This document shows positions 24,277-37,081 of a stretch of DNA of 64,000 nt, one piece after another. Numbering within the stretch: position 1 is the stretch's first letter; every line of letters starts with the position of its first letter. The notes under the pieces are model-generated. The model was given only the letters and a program-made list of their open reading frames with translations. It searched no databases and was not told the origin of the DNA. Source of the stretch: Flaccisagitta enflata (taxonomy: Eukaryota); the NCBI GenBank assembly GCA_965153355.1, contig OZ231126.1, positions 34,782,001 to 34,846,000 of the forward strand. Reading direction: 5' to 3'. The translations under genes and the position numbers were made by a program.

Positions 24277-27183
24277 TACCTGCAATCCTGCATTCAATTT
24301 CATCAAACCAAATCCATAATGATTTTTGAAGGTATAATTGTTTTGTGTCTGTTTTTTTTTCTTTTTTTTGAGTGATTGGATATCAGCTTTTGAATTACCT
24401 GCAGTATCATCCTATGATGTATCTACAATATGCAATCGTCGCACACGCGCTAGCTGGTCCGAGGTGCCCATCTCAGCCTGAGGCTCATAACCAGCCCCCA
24501 GGCCCAAATCCCAGTCTTGCGGTCCAAATCCACCCTCAAAGCCTACATCCCAACCCCAAGGCCCAGATTCTACTTTCTAGGACGGGGCCTCAAGATTGAT
24601 TTGGGCCTGGAGGTTGATATGTGGGCCTCGAGGCTGAGATATGGGCCCGGGAGGCTGGGGGAGGGGTATGGACATGAAGAAGGAGAAACTCCACATATGC
24701 GTGAAAGTGGACAGGTTATCGACCTCGGGGCTGCTGCCCGTTCTCTCATCCTGAAACCACAACCTACTTAAGCAGGGCACGGAAAATTTCACTGATCATC
24801 AACGCTTATGACTATTTTTTGAGTGATTGGATATTAGCTTTTGAATTACCTCCAGTATCATCCTATAATGTATCTACAACATGCAATAGTCGCAAAAGCG
24901 TTAGATGGTCAGAGGTACCCGTGCCCTGCTCAAGTAGGTTGTGCTTGAAGTTGAAGGCGGAGCAGGGAAGTGGCCCTGAAGTAGACCTAGTCCTGTACAA
25001 CATATGCTGAATTTTCTCCTTCTGAGCGTTGAGGCTAGGATTTGGGCCTTTTGGATAGGATTTGGGCCACGAGACTGGGATTTGGGTCTCGGGACTAGAA
25101 TTTGGGCCTCAATGCTGGGGGGGGTATGGACGGAGGAGGAGGAGAAGTAGAAAATTCCCCATATGTGTGAAAGCATAGGTCATCGACCCCTTTGGGGCCG
25201 CTGCCCAAAAAGGAGCGAAACAAGACCGCATACACGGCAGTCCAGTCGGATGGTTGGACACGGGAAGGTGTAGAGTCGCGTGTCTGCGAATAAAAACGGC
25301 TTTTCTTGAGATGAAGAGAATTGGGTATAAATCAGGACATTTATGAATCTCAACCATTCCACGAGGGATTGAAGTGAGTGAGCAAAGTGATCAAAGTGAA
25401 TGAGCAAAGTGAGTGAGTGAGCCTATGGATGAGGCAAGCCTTATGCTGCAGAGCAAATGAGCAGAGTGAGCGGTGCAAGTGAACGAATGTGCAAGTGAGC
25501 GACCAATTGGCTCGTTAAAAACGCAGTTGTCACGAGTAGGAACTGATCTGATGTTAGGTGTACATAGAGTCATAAACAGTGAAATTGAGAAGAAAAAAAA
25601 CTGATTCTAAGACCTTTTTTGGAAAAGAAATTCAATTTTCTTGACAACCCCTGGACTAATTGAGTTGAAATTTTGTACAGAAAAATTATTTAAAACTATG
25701 CGTTGAAAACAGGAATTATGATTTTATGAAGATTCATAAATTTTGTGTGTTCAGTTTTTTAGCGATTTTGACCTGATGGTGAATGATAAGTTGTTGAGTG
25801 GTCAGTTGTGGGTCGCCTCGGCTCGCCACGCGGCTTTTACACCCCAATGCATCACTTTGGATCTATCTTGGCCATGGGAGTAATATCTTGCGTACATGCA
25901 CGTACATCAGGTTTTAAAACGTAAAAATAAGAAAAAGATCTGATTTTCAGGTCTTTTTTGAAAAAGAAATTCAATTTTCTCGGCAACAGCTTGACCGATG
26001 GAGCGGAAATTTTCATCAGAGAAACAACTAAAAAATACGCGTCGAATGAGCCCTATCCCAAAGTTTTACTCTCATAAGAAGAGGAATTATGATTTTTTGA
26101 ATATTTAAAAATTTCGTGAGTTCTATTTTTTAGCGATTTGGACCTAAAGGTGAATAATAAGTTGTAGAGCGGTCAGTTGGGGGTCGCCTCGGCTCGCCAC
26201 GCGGCTTTTAGACCCCAATTCATCATGCTTTAGATCTATCTTAGTCATGGGAGCCATATTTTGCGTACACGCGCGTATACGGAGTTAGTATAAACCGTGT
26301 CAGAAAAAAAAAAGAGTAAAATTAAGTTGCCTTTTTTGAAAATAAATTTGATTTTCTCTACAACCACTCGACCGATTGAGCTGAAATTTTTTACAGAAAA
26401 ACTACTTAACAATACGCGTCGAATGAGCCCTATCCCAAAGTTTTACTCCAACTAGGACAGGAATTATGATTTTATGAAGATTTAAAAATTTCGGCAAGTT
26501 TTGATAAAAAATGAGAGTGAAATATGACATTCTCCTCTGTGGAGCAGTAGAGGTTGGACGAATTTTCCTGAGCGGAATTTTTTTGCCGAAAGTTTTCCGG
26601 CCTTCAGAAGACACATCCCGATCATATTCAGGTGGTCTCAGAGACCGGCCCTGCTCAAATACTTGTACGATGTCATATTAAATGCGTGAAGGGCCAAAAA
26701 TGGCCAAAAAAGGCCATTTTCGGCCATTTTGGGCGGTTTTTTTGGTGGCATTGGCACATGCACCTGAAATTGGGTCAACCAAGTCTGGATTTGTATTCCC
26801 CTAGGTAATGCGCATATTTTAAGACCCAACTTGATAGGTGCCACCGGACTCGCCCTTTTGACCCCTCTAAACTTTGAGCTAGAAATCCTTATTCCTTTCA
26901 GACGGCCATCTCCGAACCATTTGATTATTTTCCCCCCCGCGGGGGGGGGGGGGGGGGAAAGTGTAGAACAATATACAGGCCTGTAAACTTAAAAAACTGA
27001 TATTTAGAATATAAACTAATAAAAAGATGCTTTATTGCCAATAGGTGTTGGTTGCTAAGGAAACACTTCCATGTATTCAGGCTAAAGTATCAATATTTTG
27101 ATAAATTTTTTGAGGGAACATTGTTAGAAATAAACTTTGCTACAACTTTCCCACAATATGTTCTGTAAAAATATCGCTCATTT

Positions 27184-27838
27184 CAGCTGGGGAGTAACAA
27201 AGGTAGTAGAGCTAATTACCTGTATTTTTGTGCTTTCTTCAAGCCGTGCGTTTGCCATGTTAACTTTAGTCAAACATTATAACTGATTGTTTGTAGGAAA
27301 GTCCATACCAAAAGCTTCATTTTGATACCATTTTTGACACACATCCACTGAGTTGGTATGACCTTCTGTCTCTTGCCCGCGCAAACAACAGACAAAGAGG
27401 CATTAGAATTAATACCTCTAGTTACTTTAGGTTAGTTTTAGTCCCCGACTGGGTAATAAAGCTAATGACTCTGTTGAGTAATTAGGCTTAATTACCATGT
27501 TATTTTGGAGCTCAATTTGACTATCTAGGGGGTGAGTCCGAGTTGAAATGATTTCACCCATTAGTAGCCCTTGGCAAGAGCTACTTCTGGTATGATTTTG
27601 GTAAAATTACCGGACCCTCATCGACATTTTTCTCGACTATTTTTTGTGTGAGGTACACAAGCATGCCAAATTTGGTAAATTATGTTAAAATTGGTATCAA
27701 AATGAAGCCTACGTCAGGGGCTTTCCACTAATAGGTCGCTTATAATTTTTGACTAAAGTTGACCTGGCAAACGCACGGCTAGAAGAATGCACAGAAATAC
27801 AGGTCATTAGCTCTACTACCTTTGTTACTCCCCAGCTG
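27184..27838. mobile_element. MITE with long TIRs and 5-bp TSD (CATTT)
   Basis: TIR CAGCTGGGGAGTAACAAAGGTAGTAGAGCTAAT. CATTT at 27179-27183 and 27839-27843. The host is a relative of the 3627-4206 fold-back element. Confidence 0.85.
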
Positions 27839-28807
27839 CATTTGGCGGTTGCTAGGGAGCATCATAAGGCTGTCACACATTGTTACGCTCCCTAGCAGCG
27901 GCTAAACGAGCAATATTTGTACAGAACATTGCGGGAAAATTGTTTAAAAATTTTATTTTAAACAATGTTCCCTGAAAAAATTTCTCAAAATATTGATACT
28001 TCAGCTTGAATACATGGAAATGTGCTTCCATGGCAATCAACACCCATGGGCAATAACGTATGCTTTTATCAGTCTATATTCCAAATATCAATCTCTTAAG
28101 TATATCTGTTTTCCTGTAATGAATTCCCCGTATTTCCAAGTCTAGACGACATATACTGCATATTCTGAGTGGGAGAACAAAATTCAAAGTTCGCTCAGAT
28201 AGCACAATCTGTATTTATTCAAATATTCCTTTTTCACCCCAAAAATCTTTGTTCAATAATTGCTTAAAGCTTTAGGTGAGGTGCCACAGATTTAAGAGGG
28301 TTTACACCGTGTAATCTGTAATGAAGTGATGACATCAATGACTGCGAAAAACAACAGCACTCTTGCAACTGACAGTGACACACTGCAAAAAGCCACGGCA
28401 CTCTTGCAACGGACACACTTAGCGATAAAATTCCATCTCTAGCGGTCTGGTCACAAGGGAATCAAAACCCCTAAAATAATTGTGTGATTTCTTTTGTCAC
28501 GGCTTGTCAGCTATTTACTGATCCAATGAAAATGAAATGAGAGGGGCAGCAAAATCGCTAACACCCTCACCCACTCAGATGGACAATGCCATTGGTAATT
28601 AAGGTTAAAGTCAAAAGCTAATCCCAATACAATTCCCGGCATCGAGGCGAAATTGAATTACCAATAAGTTCCTGATGGCTGATTATAAGGCCTGTAACTT
28701 GAAAATTGGATTGAATATAACATATCCCCTCGAAGGCGGGAAAAGTATTGGGATAAGCTTCTGGCCACCACTTTTACAGATCGCGACTTACTTCAAGATG
28801 ATGTGAC

Positions 28808-30268
28808 GAGTGAACCACCCTACTTATGGGTGTTTTTCATACTTAGTTGATTTTAGCTTCAAATCTCCACTAGTTATTGGACTACTACTGAAATGTTTGC
28901 CACAGACTCCCAATAGCATCATTTTTTCTAAGAAACAGTCAAATTACACAAGTTCCTACCCTCTTACACTCTTTTTTAGCTAAATTCATGAAAATCCTCA
29001 AAATCATAACACATCTTCGGTGGGTGCTCCAACACCTAAGCAATCAAAGAAAAGTCCTAACCTATACATCACAACACATCTCACCACAGGGTGAAAGGAT
29101 TCTGAGCTTTAATGCACAATCTTTGCACGTAAAGTATTTTTAACTAGTGAACGATCGGCGTTAGGATATTTTATCACAAATATCACATAACAATAATTCC
29201 AGTCTCAACGCCAGCTGAAAATGACTTGAGGTTAACGGGCCTGGTGTCAAACCATAGCCTGACATCCAGTAAAGGTTAGGAGAAAATATCCCCTAGGTCG
29301 ACTACCAGTTCAACAGACAAAAAGACAATGACGGCCACGATGTAGAGAAATTGCGAATTTCTCTGTGATAAGCACTCTTTAAACAGATGGAACCGAAACA
29401 AAAAAAAATTTTGATTGAATTTACCTGTCCAGTAGGACCTAGTGAACTTAAAAACAGCATTCAAATCCATATTCAGTCAAAAAATATTGAAAAAAATCAG
29501 CAAAAATGTTAAAAACGGCAAGTTTTTCTGTGTGGCATACTTGCGTTTTGCGTGTTTTTAATGTTTTTTGACTCAATTTTTTTTATCAAAGTACTTGAAA
29601 ACCACTTGGGAGTATTCAGAGCAATCTAAAATATCATATCCTACCTTAAAAACCTAATTTTTGAAAAAAAATTACTCATGACCTTTTCCCTTTAAGGAGT
29701 GAACCACCCTACTTATGGGTGTTTTTCATACTTAGTTGATTTTAGCTTCAAATCTCCACTAGTTATTGGACTACTACTGAAATGTTTGCCACATAGACTC
29801 CCAATAGCATCATTTTTTCTAAGAAACAGTCAAATTACACAAGTTCCTACCCTCTTACACTCTTTTTTAGCTAAATTCATGAAAATCCTCAAAATCACAA
29901 CACATCTTCGGTGGGTGCTCCAACACCTAAGCAATCAAAGAAAAGTCCTAACCTATACATCACAACACATCTCACCACAGGGTGAAAGGATTCTGAGCTT
30001 TAATGCACAATCTTTGCACGTAAAGTATTTTTAACTAGTGAACGATCGGCGTTAGGATATTTTATCACAAATATCACATAACAATAATTCCAGTCTCAAC
30101 GCCAGCTGAAAATGACTTGAGGTTAACGGGCCTGGTGTCAAACCATAGCCTGACATCTAGTAAAGGTTAGGAGAAAATATCCCCTAGGTCGACTACCAGT
30201 TCAACAGACAAAAAGACAATGACGGCCACGATGTAGAGAAATCGCGAATTTCTCTGTGATAAGCACTC
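28808..30268. mobile_element. Composite element: two ~570-bp direct repeats around a 319-bp spacer, outer 4-bp TSD TGAC
   Basis: Units 28808-29377 and 29697-30268 each run GAGTG...CACTC. TGAC at 28804-28807 and 30269-30272. Confidence 0.75.
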
Positions 30269-31439
30269 TGACGCCTTTTAATACCCACCCCTACCCACAG
30301 CTCAAACGGATCATGATAGATCCTTGAAATTTAATGTGTAGGGCCTGATGTTGAATAGATTTGAGGCCATCGAGGCGATTTTTGATATGTTGCCCCTAAG
30401 CCCGAGATCCAGGAGGGAGCTAGGGTGGCCCTGCCCCTAGTGTCTGCCCACCCAAAATCTCAGACTTGGGGCAACATATCAAGAATCCCCTCGGTGGCCC
30501 CAAATCTATTCACCTGTAGGCCCTACATGTCAATTTTCGGGGCATCCTCTGAATCACGAAATTCGTGCTTAAGTTAAAATTTTTTCCACTGAAACACACC
30601 CTAGTGATTTAGTGGAATAAAAAATAAGTAGTGCCTTTTGCAATTCGAGCTTCAGTGGAATTGGAAGTAACTTATTTTGTCACAGTAGAAAAGATAGTCA
30701 AAAAATTGTTTTTCAATGCTTATTTGAAGGAATAAAGAAATGCCCTCCTTTCTTTCCATCTCTCTATTTCTCCATGGGAATTTTAATATCCAAAAGGAAA
30801 TATTTTTTTACATTTGCTTAGTTTTAGTCATTTTGAAAAAAGCAATGGCATGTAAGAAAACTTTTTTTCCTTCAAAAAGAAAAAAAGAAAAATTTATAGG
30901 AGAAAAATAAGTATAAGAAAAGATTTTATGAAAAAAGAAAGAGAAAAATTGAAAAAGAAAATTTAAAAATATTCAAAGATGATAATTTAGAAAAAAAGAA
31001 TTCTGAATCAAATCAAATCAAATACATTCCTTATTCTATTAAGATATTTGCAACCAATCAAAAAAAAACTCAATGACTTCACATTTCATTGCAGTAAATA
31101 AGAGGCCAATTTCAGTATGAAAAGATGTCAAGAGTCAATCCACTGTGGCACGAATTCCAATTTCACTGAAGCACGAGGTCGTGCTTCAGTGGAGTGGGCC
31201 TTAACTGGCCAAATTTCCAGCCCAGAGTTCGTGATTCAATGGATAGGCCCAATTTTCAAGTCGCTAGCTTGTCCCATTTGTGCTGTGGGTGGGGATGGGT
31301 TGGAAAAGCGTCACATCATCATAAAATATGTCGCGATCTGTAATGTCTGTGTGGTATTGAACATCTTAACTGATGGTAGGGGTGCTAGCGATTATGACTT
31401 TCCCCCTTCATTAAGATATCATTGCCTCTGCACACTTAC

Positions 31440-31644
31440 GTTCGGGCGAAGCCTGCTTAAAGGTGTATTTGAAGAGAAGCGCAAGGAACTCCATCATCGG
31501 GAAATCTCTTGAAGTTTCAAATCGGCGCAGATGGACGCTGACAAACAATCGAAGGAACTCGGTGCATTTCTCCAGAAACGCGTCGTCGATATCCTCGAAG
31601 CTCCCCGAGGTCGAAATCGAGGACGAAGTGTCCTTCGTAAGGCG
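31440..31644 (-). CDS. XPO6: Exportin-6 coding exon 7 (gene incomplete in this window)
   Basis: gtccag acceptor, GTAAGT donor, phase 0 in and phase 1 out. Peptide EKCTEFLRLFVSVHLRRFE..FPMMEFLALLFKYTF matches XPO6 (EKFTDFLRLFVSVHLRRIE..FPVVEFLTLLFKYTF). Confidence 0.93.
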
Positions 31645-32553
31645 CTGGACCATTGAGAAAACGTACAAACGCTTGAGATGAGATGTGGCCAAACTCTACC
31701 CATAAGTAGGGATGTAGACTTGGTAGGAAAAAATCTTTCCTTTTTTGGCCTTAGTTTTACTAGAAGTTTCAAAAGCGCCTCATCAGCGGGAATTGCACTG
31801 AGGCAAGTTACCATTTGCCGCCCAAAACGTCCGTTGAATCAGCATGGAATGTTTTAATGGAGGGGGGACGGGGATGCTGTGGATTTTAGCCATTTTTGTA
31901 TTTTCTTTGTTAATATCATCATTATCGTCATGATAATCATCGTCGAAGTCGTGGCCATCATTATTATCGCCGTCGTTGTTGTCTTCACGGAAGAACTGAC
32001 ATCACCATCGTCATGGTCTTTGTAATCATCGTCGTTGTCGTCGCTGTCATTGTTATCATCGTTGTCGTTATCTTCACCATCAGCGCCACTACGATTTTAA
32101 GTCGCGTGCTACGCGACTCTACACCGCCCCTTTGCCGGTCCATCCGTCGGTCCGTCCGTCTGTCTGTCACACTTTACCTTTTTTTATTCATGCGGTCTCT
32201 TGCCTCACTACACCTGCACAAATGATGAAGTGACCTCAATTACGGCCCCTGCCCACGCGCACGCGACAGGGGTAGCCGTATATCCGGCCTTATCATCATC
32301 GTCGTCATAGTTTTCATCATCGTCAGCATCATCTTCGTCATTTGCTTCATTGTCCTCATCGTCATTGCTATCATCATGGTTGTCGTTACCTGTCGACCCA
32401 CCACTAAGCCTCAGCCCACCATCTAGTCTTGACCCAAGGTTTGGGTGGCGCCAGCGGGTTTTTGGTATTAGATCCCTTCTGATGTCCTATGGCCAACACA
32501 ACTCCCCCCCCCCGCTCCACCCCGCTACAGCTGAAGGAAAGGTGTTTAACAAC

Positions 32554-32745
32554 CTGCAGAAGGTAGAAAGTTTGCTGGAACATGAGTAATAAGTAGCTCT
32601 CGAATTCTCTGGGAACACAGTTCTTTGTTAACAGTTCGTTGATACAGCACATCGCTGTCATGCCAATGGTTGGTGGCGTCGGGACCGCTTTCAAGGTTGA
32701 CGAGGTAGTGGGCGTCGGTGAGCCATCCAACCCATATGAGACAAA
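32554..32745 (-). CDS. XPO6: Exportin-6 coding exon 6
   Basis: cctccag acceptor, 192 nt, phase 0/0. Peptide AMCCINELLTKNCVPREFESYLLLMFQQTFYLLQ matches XPO6 (AMSCINELMSKNCVPMEFEEYLLRMFQQTFYLLQ). Confidence 0.94.
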
Positions 32746-32790
32746 CTGGAGGAAAAGAAGCGATGGAGATTGGTGCGTGTGTGTGTGAGC

Positions 32791-32858
<68 letters not shown>

Positions 32859-35351
32859 AAGAGAAATCCGATTATTTTCGCAGTGTCAAGAGTCGGTCAA
32901 CGAGACATTACTAATTCTGATTCGATATTTGTTCCTTCGCAAATTACCGTATTTTTTCTAAAAAGCGCCCCCCCCCCCTCTTTTTTTTTTAGTGTTTCAC
33001 TTTGCAGAAGAGATTTGGACAGAAATATTGAGTAAAATGATGAAATAATACAACACAATGAGCCATTTTCAGAGACTTTCTAACAGATATTTGCAATGAA
33101 TATCTCCATTTTGAGTCAAATTTCGCATTTTGGTAGCCTTTCATGAAAAAGATACAGTGGGGTTTGTGGAATAACAGCCTAAACTGGAGGAAGGTACTTA
33201 TGTGTCTTAATTTCATTTTACAAACTTGATATTTGAAATATAAGTTGTTCTCTTGATGTTTTTGTCCCTGAGTTTTTTGGTTGCTATGGAAACCAAAATT
33301 ATTTTTTTGAACATTTATAACAACTAGAATATTGATAGTTTGACAAATATTATCAGGGAACATTGCTCAGAATTAAATTTGCTACAACTTTCCCACAGTA
33401 TGTTCTGTAAGAATATTGCTCATTTAGCCGTTGCTAGGGAGCATCATTTAGCGGTTGCTAGGTGTGATGCTCCCTAGCAACAGCCAAAACGCCTAACAGA
33501 ACAATTGTGGGACTGTTATAGCAAATTTTATTTTATACAATATTCCCTCGAAAAATTTCTCAAAATATTGATATTTTAGTGGTTATAGATGTTTAAAAAA
33601 ATAATTTTGGTTTCCATAGCAACCAAAAAACTCAGGGACAAAAGCATCAAGTGAACAACTTATGTTCCAAATATCAAGTTTGTCAAATGATAAGACTTTA
33701 AATACCTTCACCGAACAGACTGTACGAACTACTGTAGGCAGATGAGGGAGTTCATCTACAATACAATGGGGGCGCTTATTAGAGGGTTAAAAATCAAAGT
33801 CATATTCCAATTTCTAAATACGGTATACCAAAATTGTAGGACATTTTAAAGACGAGCCCCAGCTTCAGATTCTAAGAAAAATTGGTTTCAGATTTCTATC
33901 ATTTTTGTAAAAAATTGCCATAAAAATGTATCTTCAAAATAAAAAATAATGATAATTTATTTTTTCATACATTTAGTTAGTTAAAGTACATTCCGAGCAA
34001 ACCCCACTAAAACTGGAGGATAATTTTTTGATACCTTAATTTCAATTTCTTAGTTTCATTTTAGGTATCAATGCTAATTAAAGGACGCTTAATTCCTTGA
34101 ACATATTTGGCAGTTAAAAAACATAGCTCATGAAATCAAAGTCCATGAAGACTTCATTTTAGAGTGTTTTAACCTTGACCATTAGCAGTCTATGGACAAA
34201 ACGAGGAGAGTAGGTTTTGCTGATCACCGTTATGATGCTTTGGCGTAGTTGATTTTAAAATGTAGGTTTGTAATTATCTCATAGAAATTTACTAAAGACT
34301 GAAAGAATTAACGGAAGAACGATTACTACCTGTAGCAATTGTTCAAAATATAGGTTTGTAATAACCTTGAAAAAAATAACTTAGGACTGAAAGAAACTAA
34401 CGAAAGAATGATTACTACCTGTAATAATCGTTCTTGCAATAGTTTCTTTCAGTCCTCAGTCATTTTCGATGAGGTAATTACAAGCCTACATTTCGACTGA
34501 TTACTGGTAGTAATTCTTCTTCCGTTAATTTCAGTCCTTAACATCATACCGGTGATCAGCCAAATCTACTTCTCTCGTTTGGTCCATAGACTTAGATTCA
34601 ACAGAAAATCTTACCTATTTTTGAAAAAAAAATCAACTCAATCTGACAATTAGTACAGGTTTAATGGCCATTTTAAGTTTTTTAGGACAATTGTCCTAAA
34701 AAAACTTTGGATAATTGTCCTAAAAAACTTAAAATGACTGTAAAACTTGAACCAATAGAGCTGTTTTTTTTTTTAACATGAAGTTAAATTTTCTGCTGAA
34801 TCTAATGGTTTAGGTTACAACACTCTAAAATGAAGTCTTCATGGACTTTGATTACATGAGTTATGTTTTTTAACTGCCAAATATGTTCAAGGAATTAAGC
34901 GTCCTTTAATTAACGTAGATGCCAAAAATGAGGCTAGGGAAATGAAATTAAGGTATCAAAAATTTATCCTCCAGTTTTAGTTGGGTTTGTTCGGAATGTA
35001 CTGTGTAATTAGATCTACAAAAAATATCAAGGACATGTTCAGAACATTTCAGCCTTAAAATTGCAAAAATTTAAAGATGTCCCAGCCTCAACATTTTTAT
35101 TGGTCCTTATGTACTGAAAAGAGAGTATATCATATAAACTGAAAAGAGTGTTTATCATATAAGTTCATTCAATTCCCTACACATTTTCAATATCATAGGT
35201 GTAAAACTAATTAGCTTTGAAACAATGTGGTATCAGTGTAACAATTTGTGGACATACAGTAAATTCGTGTTTTCCCTCCGCGAATTCCCGGATGCAATTA
35301 AAACACCAATTACGGGTCAACACCAACGACCGCGATCAAGCTTACACGTAC

Positions 35352-35510
35352 CTGAAATACCGAAGACAACAGCGATGGGGTTATTGTAGAGGACAAGGGA
35401 ATCCAGGAAAAAAGTTGAGTAAGGCAAGTCAATGCTTGATTGCAAATAATCCTCGCCTCATCATCGAGTGGTGGAGCGTGCCAGCCCAGTTTATGCTTCG
35501 CCAACGGAGA
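35352..35510 (-). CDS. XPO6: Exportin-6 coding exon 5
   Basis: ctttcag acceptor, GTACGT donor, 159 nt, phase 0/0. Peptide ALTCLTQLFSWIPLSSTITPSLLSSVFQ matches XPO6 (ALECLAHLFSWIPLSASITPSLLTTIF). Confidence 0.93.
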
Positions 35511-35588
35511 CTGAAAGAATCAGTGTGAAGACACGGTAAGAAACGCCAAGAATCAATATCATGCAATGCAATACTCATTTATGTAATT

Positions 35589-36416
35589 TTTTGTTATGAA
35601 TCACTTGGTTTGGAATTTTGTGTTCACTCAACACCTTGGACCATCAGCTTCCAGAAAAACCAAAGCTTTAGGTTCTTCCTTTAAACAGTGAGAATATAGA
35701 GGGCCCATCGTACTGTACTTTATTTGCATAAAAACCGCAGTAATTAAAAAGAATTATGGAAGTGATACTGATTAATTGTAACGATTGATTACAATCACAT
35801 TACAGACAGGACCCTAATAAGAACTGAGGAGGGACCCAAAGTTTAGCAGCCCCCCCTAAAGTTTACATGGTTCAAGTAATTTTCTTTTTTCTAGAGGTCG
35901 TTGGCACTTCTGATGGATACAATTGGCGCCACCTTGGCAATTTTTGAATTTCCACTTAGAACACCCCTAAATTTTCAAAATTGATAAAAAAATAGTTTGA
36001 TTTTTTGGGGCTACATTTAGTGATTTAACTAAATTTAGGGGTGTTCTAAGTGGAAATTCAAAAATTGCCAAGGTGGCGCCAATTGTATCCATCAGAGGTG
36101 CCAACGACCTCTAGAAAAAAAAAAATTACTTGAACCATGTAAACTTTAGGGGGGGCTGCTAAACTTTGGGTCCCTCCTCTGTTCTTATTAGGGTCCTGTC
36201 TGTAATGTGATTGTAATCAATCGTTACAATTAATCAGTATCACTTCCATAATTCTTTTTAATTACTGCGGTTTTTATGCAAATAAAGTACAGTACGATGG
36301 GCCCTCTATATTCTCACTGTTTAAAGGAAGAACCTAAAGCTTTGGTTTTTCTGGAAGCTGATGGTCCAAGGTGTTGAGTGAACACAAAATTCCAAACCAA
36401 GTGATTCATAACAAAA
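35589..36416. repeat. Long near-perfect inverted repeat (386-bp arms, 56-bp loop)
   Basis: 35589-35974 is the reverse complement of 36031-36416, with three mismatches found by eye. Confidence 0.9.
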
Positions 36417-37081
36417 CCGCCAATTGATATCTCCATATTGCATGTGGCGCGCTAGCTCTGTTGATAGAGTGATGAACTTGTAAAAGTACGATTTCTTTCT
36501 CATCAGTGACACAGGTTCAAATCCCCAGTGGAGCTGCACTTTTTTTCTTTTTGGTCAACAGTTAGATTAGAGGAATAAAACTATATTCACTCGTAAAAGC
36601 TCTTGCTCATCAGTCAGAAAACCATAATTGAAGCTACTTCATTAGAATAGTGAAGCAGGAAATGACCCTCCATCTGAGGTCCTCATTGCTCCTATGGTAC
36701 TGTATAAATACTCATATATTCCCCCCTTTTTAAGACTGGCGATGTTCTTATAATTGTTCTTATTTTTTTCCACATCTGAGCCTCAATGTTCTTATAAACA
36801 ATGTTCTTGGTCAAAGAAATGAGTGTAGTCATTACTTGCAATTTAAGTCTTGATACATTTGTCCGATTCCTACAGACGGGACCCTAATAACGAGCGGATG
36901 AGGGACCCAATTGTTACTTGCCCCCCCCCCCCCTTACAGCTCACATGGTTCATTCAATATCCTCACTTGCCGCGGCGGCTTACACCTTAAGTGGATACAA
37001 TTGGCACCACTGAGAGGATTTTTCAATTTCCACCTTAAACCCCCTTAACGGGCCAATTTTACGTCAACATATAAGAAAAAA

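Noticed and set aside
24370-24900. Possible XPO6 exon 8 near the TTACCTG donor-like motif
   Set aside because: The translations do not resemble XPO6, and the ~100-bp segment is itself repeated at about 24815-24915.
27436-27452. Isolated TTTTAGTCCCCGAC family B-like end motif
   Set aside because: No partner end, hairpin or satellite nearby.
28808-30268. LTR retrotransposon or TRIM interpretation of the 570-bp direct repeats
   Set aside because: No TG...CA termini and no recognisable primer-binding site. Kept as a DNA-type composite candidate instead.
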